From Candidatus Shapirobacteria bacterium (GTDB taxonomy: Bacteria > Patescibacteriota > Microgenomatia > UBA12405), in NCBI GenBank assembly GCA_028704885.1, contig JAQWEN010000001.1:523107-587106 (forward strand): DNA of 64,000 bases, written 5' to 3'. Shown here one piece after another: positions 1 through 10,858 of the stretch. The stretch's first letter is position 1; each line of letters begins with the position of its first letter. The notes beneath the pieces were generated by a model. The model searched no databases and had not been told where the DNA came from. It saw only the letters and a program-made list of their open reading frames with translations. The position numbers and the translations under genes are program-made.

Positions 1-2
1 TA

Positions 3-191
3 CCAGAAAACAAAACTATTAAAGGAGAAAAAAACTTCTTATATATGGTTCTAAACACAGTTAATTACGGTTATCGAGATAGGAAAGGAGAATGGCATCC
101 TTTTGTGGCTGAGCCTGGTGAAACTTTTTATGCTCCAGTAAAATCTGAAAATAACGAAAAAAGAGAAAAAATATTAAATCGAAAAAAGTGA
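3..191 (+). CDS. 3' end of a hypothetical protein running in from the left edge
   Basis: Open frame from position 3 (PENKTIKGEKNFLYMV...KILNRKK) ends at TGA 189-191, convergent with uvrC; start lies outside the window. Confidence 0.5.
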   Translation, partial: PENKTIKGEKNFLYMVLNTVNYGYRDRKGEWHPFVAEPGETFYAPVKSENNEKREKILNRKK

Positions 192-1421
192 TTTTTTGAT
201 TAGACTTTGGCGATAATTATTGGCAAAACGATGAGCTTCGTCTCGAAGTTGTTGAAGAAGTTGAAGAGAAGGCGAATTTTTAGGTAATTTAATTTCTTCC
301 CATGAATCCCCTGTTTTTATAACTATGATTTCTTCTCTTTTGGCTAATCCAATGACAGGAATATTGGTAATTGAGGTGGTAGATGAAACTTGAGGTTTAC
401 CACCATCAACTAAAATAAAATCTGGCAATGTCCATTCTGGGTGTTTAAGACGACGATAAACAATTTCTTTAATCATAAATTGATCGTCCTGAGTAACTTT
501 GGTATAAATCTTAAATTGACGATATTCATCTTTAGTAATTCTTCCTTGTTGAAAAACAACCATAGAACCAACAAAAAATTTAGGACCAAGATTGGAAATA
601 TCGTAGGCTTCAAAACGATTAATATTTTTTAATTTAGGAAAATAGGGAGCCAAAATGGTTTTTAAATCGCGAAGAGCTTTACTGATTTGATCTTCTTGTA
701 ATTCAACTTTTTGATAAAGATTACTCAAGTTTTTCCAGCCAGAAATAATGTAATTAAGAGAGCTAATTTGATCGCGACGAACTTTGGCCATTTCAAAATT
801 ATTTACTTTAGAAAAAATATTCATTTCTTTTTCTAATTTAAAAATTAATTTAGAAAAATTACCATTTAAAATATGTTTGATTCTAAGAACATTTTTTTTA
901 TATTCTTTTAGATCTGGTTCTAGGCCAGGACACAAACCAAGATGACAATAAAGACACTTTTTAGGCCCGTGAACAGACGAATAAAAAGGAAATATCGCTC
1001 GTATGGTTTTTAAAAGATTTCTGACGGCAGCACTGTCAGGAAAAGGACCATAAAAAAAACAATTTGGATTTAAGTTTGATTTAAAAGCTGGTTTAATTAA
1101 AGGAATTTTGTCTTTGGAGATGGTGATATAAATATAGCTTTTGTCGTCTTTTAATTGAGAATTAAATTTGGGACGATATTGTTTAATTAAACTGGATTCT
1201 AAAATTAAAGCTTCAATTTCTGAACCGACAATATAAAAATCAATTTTGGCAATTTGAGAAACTAATTGTTTGGTTTTATAGCCAAGAGCTTCATCACTTT
1301 TGAAATATTGAGAAACGCGTTTTTTTAAATTAATGGCCTTGCCAATATAAATAATTTTATTATCGGAATTTTTGTAAATATAAACGCCTGGTGATGAAGG
1401 AATTAATTTTAAATCGAGCAT
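174..1421 (-). CDS. uvrC: Excinuclease ABC subunit C, shortened (no C-terminal HhH domain)
   Basis: N-terminal GIY-YIG (PGVYIY...YIGKA), Cys cluster CLYCHLGLCPG, RNase H-like EAYDISN, DGGKPQ and RDEAHRFA; downstream of uvrA. Confidence 0.95.
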   Translation of the reverse strand: MLDLKLIPSSPGVYIYKNSDNKIIYIGKAINLKKRVSQYFKSDEALGYKTKQLVSQIAKIDFYIVGSEIEALILESSLIKQYRPKFNSQLKDDKSYIYITISKDKIPLIKPAFKSNLNPNCFFYGPFPDSAAVRNLLKTIRAIFPFYSSVHGPKKCLYCHLGLCPGLEPDLKEYKKNVLRIKHILNGNFSKLIFKLEKEMNIFSKVNNFEMAKVRRDQISSLNYIISGWKNLSNLYQKVELQEDQISKALRDLKTILAPYFPKLKNINRFEAYDISNLGPKFFVGSMVVFQQGRITKDEYRQFKIYTKVTQDDQFMIKEIVYRRLKHPEWTLPDFILVDGGKPQVSSTTSITNIPVIGLAKREEIIVIKTGDSWEEIKLPKNSPSLQLLQQLRDEAHRFANNYRQSLIKKSLFSI

Positions 1422-4078
1422 TTTTTCAAATATTGACCGGTATAACTTTTAGCAACATTCATAACATCTTGAACTGTACCAGTAGCGACAATTTCACCAC
1501 CTTTGTCTCCACCTTCAGGACCAAGATCGATAATCCAATCTGCATTTTTAATAACATCTAAATTATGTTCTATTAAAACGACTGTATTACCTTTATCAAC
1601 CAATTGACGTAAAACTTTAATTAATTTATCGACATCATAAAAATGAAGACCAGTGGTGGGTTCGTCGAGAATGTAGAGCATTTTGCCGTCAAATTGTTTA
1701 ACTAATTCACGGCTGATTTTAAGACGCTGAGATTCACCGCCAGAAAGAGTATTTGATGGTTGGCCTAATTCTAAATAACCAAGTCCGACATCTTGAATTG
1801 TTTTTAATTTGCGGCTTAATTTAGGTAAATTTTTGAAAAATTCTAGAGCTTCATCGACAGTCATTTTTAAAATTTCGGCAATATTTTTACCTTTATATTC
1901 AACCTCGAGAGTTTCATCTTTAAAACGAGAACCATGACATTCGTCGCAAGTGACATAAAGATCGGGCATAAATTGCATTTCAATTTTAATTTGACCTTGG
2001 CCTTCACAAACTGGACAACGACCATTTTTAACATTGAAAGAAAAACGATTTTTATCAAAACCGCGTAATTTGGCCTCAATAGTTTGAGCCATTAAAACTC
2101 GAATGTCATCAAAAATTTTAGTGTAGGTGGCTGGGTTACTGCGTGGAGTACGACCAACTGGAGATTGATCAACTAATAAAACATCAGAGATATTTTCACA
2201 ACCAGTAATTTTATCGAATTGACCAATGGTTCCATAATAAGCACCAAGAGTGGCTTTACGAACACCACCATACAAAGTGTCATGAATCAAAGTAGATTTA
2301 CCGGAACCAGAAACACCGGTGACACAAATTAATTTGTTGAGAGGAAAATCAACATTAATGTTTTTTAAATTCCATTGATGAGCATTAATAATAGAAATTT
2401 TTGGACTGGTTTTAATATTAACGGGGTTAATTTTAGATTCGATTTTTAATTTACCTGATAAATATTTACCGGTTAAAGATTTTGGATTATTTTTAATTTC
2501 TTCAAAAGTACCTTCGGCGACAATTTCACCACCAGCTTTACCGGCATATGTTCCAAAATCAACGATATGATCGGCATTTTTAATAACATCTTCATCATGT
2601 TCAACAATAACCACGGTGTTACCTAAATCTTTTAATTTTTTAAGAGTGCCGATGAGACGATCATTATCACGAGAATGAAGACCAATGGTTGGTTCATCAA
2701 GAATATACAAAACTCCGGTTAGACCAGTTCCAATTTGACTGGCTAAACGAATTCGCTGAGCTTCACCGCTAGAAAGCGTGCCGGCTTCACGGTCGAGACT
2801 TAAATAATCAAGACCGACGGCTAATAAAAACTCGAGACGAGAAGCTAGTTCTTTTTGAATAGGAATAACAATTTCTTTTTCTTTATCACTTTGCAATATC
2901 GATTCGAGATTATTAATCCAAGCGGATAATTTTTCGATAGGAAATTGGGTGACTTCATAAATTGTTTTTTCTAAGACAGTGATTGATAAAGCTTCAGGGC
3001 TAAGACGGGAACCATGACAAGATGGACACTCTTCTTTAATCATGAAATGTTCCAATTCTTCACGGACAACATCACTTTGAGAAGTGAGATAACGACTTTC
3101 GAGCATTTTAGCTTTCCACTCTGGAAATTGAGTGCGATCGATTTGAAATTTAGATCCTAAACCTTTACATTCAGGACAAGCACCTTCGGGAGAATTAAAA
3201 GAAAATAAACGTGGTTCAATTTCTGGAAGTGAAAGATTACAGATAGGACAGGCATAATCTTCAGAATAAAGAGTATCAGATATTTCTTTTGGTTGATCTG
3301 GAAATGTAAATCCGGGATCTTTAACTTCGGAAGCAATGACTAAACCGTTGGATAATTTCATGGCTTGCTCAACATCATCAATCAAACGATCATAAATGGC
3401 TTTTTCATTTTTAAGAGTGTCTTTACTAATAGAAGTACGATCAATAACAACATCAATGTTATGTTTGTTAGTTTTGGCAATACCAAAATCAGAGTAAAGA
3501 TCAACTAAATGATTGTCAATTCGAATAAATTTATATCCTTGTTTTCTTAAATTTTCAGTAAGTCCATGGAAATCCCCTTTTTTGTCGCGAATCACTGGAG
3601 CTAAAATTAAAAGTCGATAAATATTTAAACCATGAGCTTCAAGACGAGCAATATTTAAAATCTGGGTGACAATCTGTTTACTGGTTTGAGGTGAAACTTC
3701 ACGTCCACAATTTGGACAATGAGGATGACCAATGCGAGCAAATAATAGACGTAAATAATCGTAAATTTCAGTGACAGTGCCAACAGTTGATCGAGGATTA
3801 TGGGAAATAGCTTTTTGATTAATGGCAATTGCTGGAGATAGACCTTCGATTAAGTCAACTTCGGGACGTTTCATGTTGCCTAAAAATTGACGGGCATATG
3901 ACGAAAGAGATTCCATGTAGCGACGCTGACCCTCAGCAAAAAGGGTATCAAAAGCCATACTAGATTTGCCGGAGCCAGAAACACCAGTAAAGACAGTCAT
4001 TTTATTTTTGTCGAATTCGAAAGAAACATTTTTTAGATTGTTTTCTCGAGCTCCTTTTACAATTATTTTATCGATCAT
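1409..4078 (-). CDS. uvrA: Excinuclease ABC subunit A
   Basis: Two ABC ATPase domains (GVSGSGKS twice, LSSGEAQR, LSGGESQR) and zinc-finger CxxC motifs. Confidence 0.98.
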   Translation of the reverse strand: MIDKIIVKGARENNLKNVSFEFDKNKMTVFTGVSGSGKSSMAFDTLFAEGQRRYMESLSSYARQFLGNMKRPEVDLIEGLSPAIAINQKAISHNPRSTVGTVTEIYDYLRLLFARIGHPHCPNCGREVSPQTSKQIVTQILNIARLEAHGLNIYRLLILAPVIRDKKGDFHGLTENLRKQGYKFIRIDNHLVDLYSDFGIAKTNKHNIDVVIDRTSISKDTLKNEKAIYDRLIDDVEQAMKLSNGLVIASEVKDPGFTFPDQPKEISDTLYSEDYACPICNLSLPEIEPRLFSFNSPEGACPECKGLGSKFQIDRTQFPEWKAKMLESRYLTSQSDVVREELEHFMIKEECPSCHGSRLSPEALSITVLEKTIYEVTQFPIEKLSAWINNLESILQSDKEKEIVIPIQKELASRLEFLLAVGLDYLSLDREAGTLSSGEAQRIRLASQIGTGLTGVLYILDEPTIGLHSRDNDRLIGTLKKLKDLGNTVVIVEHDEDVIKNADHIVDFGTYAGKAGGEIVAEGTFEEIKNNPKSLTGKYLSGKLKIESKINPVNIKTSPKISIINAHQWNLKNINVDFPLNKLICVTGVSGSGKSTLIHDTLYGGVRKATLGAYYGTIGQFDKITGCENISDVLLVDQSPVGRTPRSNPATYTKIFDDIRVLMAQTIEAKLRGFDKNRFSFNVKNGRCPVCEGQGQIKIEMQFMPDLYVTCDECHGSRFKDETLEVEYKGKNIAEILKMTVDEALEFFKNLPKLSRKLKTIQDVGLGYLELGQPSNTLSGGESQRLKISRELVKQFDGKMLYILDEPTTGLHFYDVDKLIKVLRQLVDKGNTVVLIEHNLDVIKNADWIIDLGPEGGDKGGEIVATGTVQDVMNVAKSYTGQYLKKCSI

Positions 4079-6069
4079 AAATTTTCTATGTTTTTAATTT
4101 TATCTCGGATACGAATTGCTTCTTCAAAATTTAAGTCAGCCGCAAAGGTACGCATTTGTTTCTTTAATTCTTTAATATGTTTAGTTCTTTGTGGTGGAGT
4201 GAGATCTAAAACGTCAACTTTATCAAGATCAGTTTTACCTTCGGACTGAATTAATTCTATTATTTGAGGACGGATAGATTTTACCACACTTTGGGGAATA
4301 ATGTGATTATCTTCATTATATTTTACTTGAATTTTACGTCGACGGTTAACTTCTTTAATAGCTCCATCCATGGCATCAGAAATTGAATCGGCATATAAAA
4401 TTACTTGACCATCAAGATGTCGGGACGCTCGACCCATAATTTGAATTAAGGCAGATTTAGAACGTAAAAATCCCTGTTGATCAGCATCAAGAATGGCAAC
4501 TAAACTAACTTCAGGAAGATCAAGACCTTCGCGCAAAAGATTAATACCGACTAAAACGTCATAATTTCCAGAACGTAAATCATCTAAAATTTTAGAACGT
4601 TCAAGAGTGACGATATCAGAATGAAGATAAGCAACTTTTAAATCGGTACCAGTTTTATTGGGATCAGATAAATAAGCTGATAAATCTTCCGCCATACGTT
4701 TGGTTAAAGTGGTGACTAAAACTCTCTCTTTATTAACGACTCGTTTTTTGATTTCTTCAATTAAGTCAGGAATCTGATTTTTACTAGATTTAACAGTAAT
4801 TTGAGGATCAATAAGACCAGTCGGACGAATAATTTGTTCAATAATATTATTTTTAGAATCATTAATCTCATATGGCGATGGAGTAGCGGAAAGATAAATA
4901 ATTTTAGAAACTCGAGAATTAAATTCATCAAAAGTTAAAGGTCGATTATCAAAAGCTGATGGAAGCCTAAAACCAAAATCAACTAAATTTTTCTTTCGAG
5001 CTTGGTCGCCAGCATGCATGCCGCCAATTTGAGGAATGGTGACATGAGATTCATCAATGATGGTTAAAAAATTGTCACCCCAAAGATGATGAAAATAATC
5101 AACAAGAGTATATGGTGGATCGCCGGGTTTGCGGTTTTTGTCAAAATAAATTGAATAGTTTTCAATACCGTTGATATAACCGGTTTCTTGAAGCATTTCT
5201 AAATCATATTCAACACGCTGTTGAATTCGATGAGCTTCTAAAATTTTATTTTGCTTTTTAAAAAGTTCGACTTGTTTAGCACAATCTTTTCTAATATTTT
5301 CAAAAACTTCTGGTAAATTTTTATCACCGCCAACATATTGTTTGGCTGGGAAAAGTTTAAAACTTTCCAATATTTGTTCTTGGGCAGTCAGCGGATGATG
5401 TTGAATAATTTTAATTAATTTTTCATCGTCAAATTCGAGAGATAAAAATGATTCTGTATAAGATGGCCAAATTTCAATATTTTCTCCTCTGACTCGAAAA
5501 GTGTTACGTTTAAATTCAAGTTCAGAACGAGTGTAAAAAAGAGAGATAAAAGATTCAAAAAGTTGACGACGTGGATAATTTTGACCTATTTTTAAGTCTA
5601 AAGCTTTGTTTTGAAATTCAGCCGGATCACCAATGTTGTAAATACAACTAACTGAAGCAATAACGATATTATCATTGCCTGACAAAAGATTAGACGAAGC
5701 TTCAAGACGAAGCCGATCAATCATGTCGTTAATTTGAACTTCTTTGGCAATATAAGTGTCGGAAGAAGGAATATAGGCTTCAGGTTGATAATAATCATAA
5801 TAAGAAACAAAATAGGAAACTTTATTGTTGGGAAAGAGTTCTTTAAATTCCTGATAAAGTTGACCGGCTAAAGTTTTGTTATGAGAAATTACCAAAGTTG
5901 GTAATTGAGTTTTTTGGATAACATTGGCAATGGTAAAAGTCTTACCAGATCCAGTAACACCCAGCAAGGTTTGGCGATTAATTCCATTGTTTAAATTAGT
6001 GACTAATTTATCAATGGCTTGGGGCTGATCGCCAGAGGGCTGAAATGATGAATTTAGTTCAAACGGCAC
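4075..6069 (-). CDS. uvrB: Excinuclease ABC subunit B
   Basis: GVTGSGKT, FVSYYDYYQPEAY, DESH, GINLLREGLD, C-terminal UVR domain; GTG start. Confidence 0.98.
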   Translation of the reverse strand: MPFELNSSFQPSGDQPQAIDKLVTNLNNGINRQTLLGVTGSGKTFTIANVIQKTQLPTLVISHNKTLAGQLYQEFKELFPNNKVSYFVSYYDYYQPEAYIPSSDTYIAKEVQINDMIDRLRLEASSNLLSGNDNIVIASVSCIYNIGDPAEFQNKALDLKIGQNYPRRQLFESFISLFYTRSELEFKRNTFRVRGENIEIWPSYTESFLSLEFDDEKLIKIIQHHPLTAQEQILESFKLFPAKQYVGGDKNLPEVFENIRKDCAKQVELFKKQNKILEAHRIQQRVEYDLEMLQETGYINGIENYSIYFDKNRKPGDPPYTLVDYFHHLWGDNFLTIIDESHVTIPQIGGMHAGDQARKKNLVDFGFRLPSAFDNRPLTFDEFNSRVSKIIYLSATPSPYEINDSKNNIIEQIIRPTGLIDPQITVKSSKNQIPDLIEEIKKRVVNKERVLVTTLTKRMAEDLSAYLSDPNKTGTDLKVAYLHSDIVTLERSKILDDLRSGNYDVLVGINLLREGLDLPEVSLVAILDADQQGFLRSKSALIQIMGRASRHLDGQVILYADSISDAMDGAIKEVNRRRKIQVKYNEDNHIIPQSVVKSIRPQIIELIQSEGKTDLDKVDVLDLTPPQRTKHIKELKKQMRTFAADLNFEEAIRIRDKIKNIENL

Positions 6070-6166
6070 AGTATATATTTTATCAAAGTTTTGGGTTTTA
6101 TTTGGTAAAAACTGACTTAGTTTGTTTTATTGAATAAAATTAAATTTAAAAATATACTTGGCTTGT

Positions 6167-6781
6167 ATGAAAACTGGACTTATTGAAGTAATTTACGGGC
6201 CAATGTTTTCCGGTAAAACCAGTGAATTAATTAGACAAATTGAAATGGCTATGATTTCTAAATCGGAAATAATAGCTTTTAAGCCAAAAATTGATGGTCG
6301 ATATAAAAAATATAAAATATGTACCAATAATGGGCGTTCTTTAAGATCGGTGGTAGTAAAAAATTCTTTAGAGATTATCGAAGTAATTAAAAAAACTAAA
6401 AAACCAATAACAAAAATATTTATCGATGAGGTTCAATTTTTTGATAAAAAAATTGTTGATGTAGTTACTTTTTTATCAAAAGATAAAGGTATTGGTGTAA
6501 CTGTAGCTGGCTTAGCTCAAGATTTTAGAGGAGAACCATTTGGTCAAATGCCAAATTTATTGGGAATGGCTCAAAAAGTTCAAAGTTTGACCGCTATCTG
6601 TGTTTATGAAAAAGAAAATGGCACTCTTTGCCAAAGACCAGCCTGTTTTACTCAAAGATTGATTAATGGGAAAGCAGCTTCTTATGACAGCCCAATTATT
6701 CTAGTTGACGGGGCTAATTCTTATACGGCAAGGTGCGAAAAACATTGGGAAGTTCCCAATAGGCCAGAAACTAAATTGTAA
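6167..6781 (+). CDS. tdk: Thymidine kinase
   Basis: GPMFSGKT Walker A, FIDEVQF, AGLAQDFRGEPF, Zn-binding Cys/His residues; ATG 6167 preferred as start. Confidence 0.93.
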   Translation: MKTGLIEVIYGPMFSGKTSELIRQIEMAMISKSEIIAFKPKIDGRYKKYKICTNNGRSLRSVVVKNSLEIIEVIKKTKKPITKIFIDEVQFFDKKIVDVVTFLSKDKGIGVTVAGLAQDFRGEPFGQMPNLLGMAQKVQSLTAICVYEKENGTLCQRPACFTQRLINGKAASYDSPIILVDGANSYTARCEKHWEVPNRPETKL

Positions 6782-6822
6782 TATTGTAAACAATAAATTA
6801 TACGTGTAATATTTTTGTAAAC

Positions 6823-8358
6823 ATGCTTACAAAAATATTGTCGATGGCAAATATTGGTTTAAAAACTGAAAATGTGGAAGTGGAAGTTAATGTGGCAGAT
6901 AAAGGTTTTCCTGGATTTGGAATTGTCGGTTTAGCCAGCAAAGCGGTGGAGGAAACAAAAGAGAGAGTAAAAACAGCGATTATTAATTCGGATATTGAAT
7001 TTCCAACAGCAAAAATTACAATTAATTTGGCGCCAGCTGACTTGGCAAAAGAAGGTTCTGGCTATGATTTACCGGTGGCAATCGGAATTATTTCTGCGAT
7101 TGGCGAATTAGTTTTACCAAAAGAAAAAGCTTATTTTTATGGAGAATTATCTTTGGATGGAAGTTTACGTCATACTAGAGGTGTATTTTTATTGGCACTT
7201 TTGGCAAAAGAAGAAGGTGTTAAAAATATTTTTGTACCAAGAATGAGTGCTAATGAGGCTAGTGTGGTTGAGGATATAAATGTTTATCCAGTTGATAATT
7301 TAAAAAGTCTGATTAGACATTTTAAAGGTGAAAAATTAATTGAAGCTTTAAAACCAGTAAATGTGACAGAAATTTTAAGCGACATAACTCCAGAATTCGA
7401 TTTTAGTGAAGTTTTAGGGCAACAACAGGCAAAAAGAGCTTTAGAAATTGCGGCAGCTGGCGGACATAATATTTTTATGATGGGACCTCCTGGATCGGGA
7501 AAAACAATGTTGGCTCGAGCAATGGCTGGCATTTTGCCAAACTTAACCGAAAAGGAAAGTTTAGAAGTGACTAAAATTTATTCCCTGACAGGAAATATTC
7601 CACCAGGCGGATCTTTGATTAGACAAAGACCTTTTAGAAGCCCACATCATACAACTTCACAAATTGGGTTGATTGGGGGCGGCAGTAATCCCCACCCCGG
7701 AGAAATATCTTTGGCTCACCGAGGGGTATTATTTTTAGATGAATTTCCTGAATTTGGGAGAAATTCACTTGAAGCTTTAAGACAACCATTGGAAGATGGT
7801 TATGTTTGCGTGTCGAGGGCAGCCGGCTCAGTAACTTTTCCAGCCCAATTTATGTTAGTGGCAGCGGCAAATCCTTGCCCGTGCGGCCATTTAGGTGATC
7901 CAAAAAAAGATTGTAAATGCAGCGGTTATCAAATTTTGAATTATCAAAAAAAATTGTCTGGGCCAATAATGGACAGAATTGATTTACATTTAACAGTGCC
8001 GGCAGTTGATGTAAATAATTTGATGATTGATAAAGAAAAAGTAAAAGGAGAAAGTTCGGTGGAAATTAAAAAACGAATAAATGAAGCTAGAAAAATTCAG
8101 AGTGAAAGATTCAAAAGTTTGGCTCATATTCACAGTAATTCGGATATGAAAAATAGCCATTTAAAAGAATTTGCTAAATTAAGTGATGAAGCAAATTTAC
8201 TGTTAAAACAGGCTGTTAATAAATTTGCATTGTCAGCTAGATCTTATTTTAGATTAATAAAAGTGGCTCGAACCATTGCTGATTTAGAAAAATCAGAAAT
8301 AATCAAAGAAGTTCATGTGGCGGAAGCGCTGCAATATCGTGTGAGGAATGATGGTTAG
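6823..8358 (+). CDS. comM: ComM/YifB Mg-chelatase-like AAA+ helicase
   Basis: Lon-like N-terminal domain (INLAPADLAKEGSGYDL), GPPGSGKT, RSPHHT, GEISLAHRGVLFLDE, NPCPCG. Confidence 0.95.
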   Translation: MLTKILSMANIGLKTENVEVEVNVADKGFPGFGIVGLASKAVEETKERVKTAIINSDIEFPTAKITINLAPADLAKEGSGYDLPVAIGIISAIGELVLPKEKAYFYGELSLDGSLRHTRGVFLLALLAKEEGVKNIFVPRMSANEASVVEDINVYPVDNLKSLIRHFKGEKLIEALKPVNVTEILSDITPEFDFSEVLGQQQAKRALEIAAAGGHNIFMMGPPGSGKTMLARAMAGILPNLTEKESLEVTKIYSLTGNIPPGGSLIRQRPFRSPHHTTSQIGLIGGGSNPHPGEISLAHRGVLFLDEFPEFGRNSLEALRQPLEDGYVCVSRAAGSVTFPAQFMLVAAANPCPCGHLGDPKKDCKCSGYQILNYQKKLSGPIMDRIDLHLTVPAVDVNNLMIDKEKVKGESSVEIKKRINEARKIQSERFKSLAHIHSNSDMKNSHLKEFAKLSDEANLLLKQAVNKFALSARSYFRLIKVARTIADLEKSEIIKEVHVAEALQYRVRNDG

Positions 8359-8396
8359 CTTATAAGATTATCAGTTTGTCAGATTATCAGATAAAA

Positions 8397-8771
8397 ATGT
8401 ATAAAAAAGAAAATTATAATAAGGGAAAAAACGGTGAGGAAATGGCTAAAAATTTTCTGCTAAAAAAGGGTTTTGAATTAATTGAAATGAATTATGAAAA
8501 TGTAATTGGTGAAATTGATTTGATTATGATAGATAAAGATTGGTTAGTATTTGTGGAAGTTAAATTAAAAGTTGGCGATAAATTTGGAAATCCTGAAGAA
8601 ATGATTAATAAAAGAAAATTATCACAAATTAAAAGAGTAGCCGAAAGTTATTTAGTTTTAGAAAATAAAATTGCTAAAAAATTTATGAAATATCGAATTG
8701 ATGCAGTGTGTATTGTATTAAATGAAGACCAGACAGTTAAAACCATTAATTATTATGACAATTTATATTAA
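8397..8771 (+). CDS. yraN: YraN (UPF0102) nuclease
   Basis: GEIDLI...LVFVEVK...RIDAV; located between comM and dprA. Confidence 0.9.
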   Translation: MYKKENYNKGKNGEEMAKNFLLKKGFELIEMNYENVIGEIDLIMIDKDWLVFVEVKLKVGDKFGNPEEMINKRKLSQIKRVAESYLVLENKIAKKFMKYRIDAVCIVLNEDQTVKTINYYDNLY

Positions 8772-8816
8772 TTTCTTAAATTTTCGTTATAAATTTTTTT
8801 ATTTTTTAACAAAAAT

Positions 8817-9695
8817 ATGAACGAATGGAAAAAGTGGCCGATAAAAATAATTGAGAAAAAAGATTTTCCGAAAGGTCTTAAAAAAATTAGTGATTGTCCG
8901 GAAAAATTATATTATCGAGGAAATTGGAGTGATGAGATTTTTGAAAATACTTTAGCAATCGTAGGAAGCAGAGCTATGACAAGATATGGAAAAGAAATAA
9001 TTAGTAAATTTATGCCGGAATTAATAGTTCAAAAAATTACTATAATTTCAGGATTTATGTATGGAGTTGATAGTGAAGCCCATAGGGATTGTTTGGATTT
9101 GGGTGGAAAAACAATAGCCGTATTGGGAAGCGGATTAAATGAATTGTATCCATCACAAAATGACAAACTTTATAGTGAAATATTAGAAAAAAATGGATTA
9201 ATTATTTCAGAATATGAACCGGATTTTAAAGCAACGATCTGGAGTTTTCCTCAAAGAAACAGAATTGTATCGGCATTGTCGACTATTGGGGTGTTAATAG
9301 TTGAGGCTGGATTAAAATCGGGAAGTTTAATTACGGCAAAATTGGCTTTGAAACAAAAGAAAAGGATGTTTGCAGTTCCTGGTCAAATTGGATCTAAAAC
9401 AGCTGAAGGAACTAACTGGTTAATTCAAAGCGGTGGAGCCAAAATGGCAACAAGTGTTAATGATATTTTAGGAAATTCTATTCATTGCCCAGACCAACAA
9501 AATTTATTTAAAGATTATAGTAATTTAAGTGATTTAGAAAAACAAATTGTAGAAGTTTTAGAAAATGAAGAAGTAACAATTGATGAATTGTGTATGAAGA
9601 TTAGATCGCCGGTTAGTGAAATTTCGACAACAATTTCAATGATGTTGATGAGAGATTTAATAGTTCAAGAGAACGATAAAATATATTTGAGTTAA
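8817..9695 (+). CDS. dprA: DNA-processing protein DprA
   Basis: AIVGSR, ISGFMYGVDSEAH, FPQRNRIV, EAGLKSGSLITA, C-terminal winged helix. Confidence 0.95.
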   Translation: MNEWKKWPIKIIEKKDFPKGLKKISDCPEKLYYRGNWSDEIFENTLAIVGSRAMTRYGKEIISKFMPELIVQKITIISGFMYGVDSEAHRDCLDLGGKTIAVLGSGLNELYPSQNDKLYSEILEKNGLIISEYEPDFKATIWSFPQRNRIVSALSTIGVLIVEAGLKSGSLITAKLALKQKKRMFAVPGQIGSKTAEGTNWLIQSGGAKMATSVNDILGNSIHCPDQQNLFKDYSNLSDLEKQIVEVLENEEVTIDELCMKIRSPVSEISTTISMMLMRDLIVQENDKIYLS

Positions 9696-10828
9696 AGAAA
9701 GGCACCCCAATCGGCAATTGGGGCAACATTGCCAGCAACAAAATTAATGGCGTAAAGAAGAATGGCAGGAATAAGAATTATGAAAATTATTCTTAAAGAT
9801 TTTTTATTTAAAAATTTGGCAAAAGCCAACAATAAGAAAGGATAAACTGGGGCAATATAACGACTAATGTCGCGATGGGCAACAAAAAGAGTGGCGAGAG
9901 TAAAAAGTGCTGGAAAAATAGTAATGATGTCAAATTTATATTTTTTAAAAAGGCGATAGACACCATAAATGGCGATTAAATAGATATAAATAATATCTTC
10001 GAGCCAAATGGTATTGATCCAAGATTTAGTACTAATAAAAACTAAATAAGGCAATTGATTTAAGTGAAAGTTGTCGCCGCTATGAAAATAAGCCCAAAAA
10101 TCCCCTGTTTGCAAACGATATAAATTAAAAATAACAAAAATAGTAATTGGGGTTAATATAAACCAAAAATATTTTTTAAGGACTCCAATAAAATCTTTAT
10201 TTTTAATTAATTCATAAATGGCCATTATTCCATATGAAGCAAAAAGTAGAATAGCTGGAGTCTTTAAGGTTTGAGCCAAAGCAGCAAAAACAGCAGAGAT
10301 TAAATATTTACCTTTTTTAAAATAAAAAATTGAAGCAATAATTGAAGCTAAAAACAAAGTTTCTGGAGCACCAATTTGACGAAGGACAAAAAAACGAGCT
10401 GGAAAGAAAATAAAAAGAAGAGATAGCCAATAGGCTTTCTTTTCTTTAATAAATAATTTTAGAAATTCATATAAAATTAGGGTTAAAAAAATCGAACCAA
10501 AAAGAGTAATCAAAAGCATGGCTTTTGGGGTCGAGATAAAATTGGAAAGAAAATTAATTAAAATTGGATAGCCAGGAAGATGAGCTGGATAATATTCAAC
10601 TGGTTGAGGAAGAGAAAAATTAGGACCAATGCAATCTTTGTTATAGCCACATTTGGAAATAATCATATAGTTGGGGCCATCGTAATTAAAGAAAACAGTT
10701 TCTAAAGAAACATCATTAAAACCAATTTTGCCAGGAATATTGAAATAAAATATAAACCAAAATAAAACAGAAACTAAAAAAGTTATAATGGCTAATTCAA
10801 AATGCCTTAAATGTTTAAAGGATTTCAT
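9692..10828 (-). CDS. Multi-pass membrane protein, probable GT-C (mannosyltransferase-like) glycosyltransferase
   Basis: About 10 TM segments; first loop YDGPNY...PAHLPGYP and an ETLFL motif typical of GT-C folds. Confidence 0.65.
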   Translation of the reverse strand: MKSFKHLRHFELAIITFLVSVLFWFIFYFNIPGKIGFNDVSLETVFFNYDGPNYMIISKCGYNKDCIGPNFSLPQPVEYYPAHLPGYPILINFLSNFISTPKAMLLITLFGSIFLTLILYEFLKLFIKEKKAYWLSLLFIFFPARFFVLRQIGAPETLFLASIIASIFYFKKGKYLISAVFAALAQTLKTPAILLFASYGIMAIYELIKNKDFIGVLKKYFWFILTPITIFVIFNLYRLQTGDFWAYFHSGDNFHLNQLPYLVFISTKSWINTIWLEDIIYIYLIAIYGVYRLFKKYKFDIITIFPALFTLATLFVAHRDISRYIAPVYPFLLLAFAKFLNKKSLRIIFIILIPAILLYAINFVAGNVAPIADWGAFL

Positions 10829-10858
10829 TAGTTCATTTTATCCTAAATTAAGTAAAAA

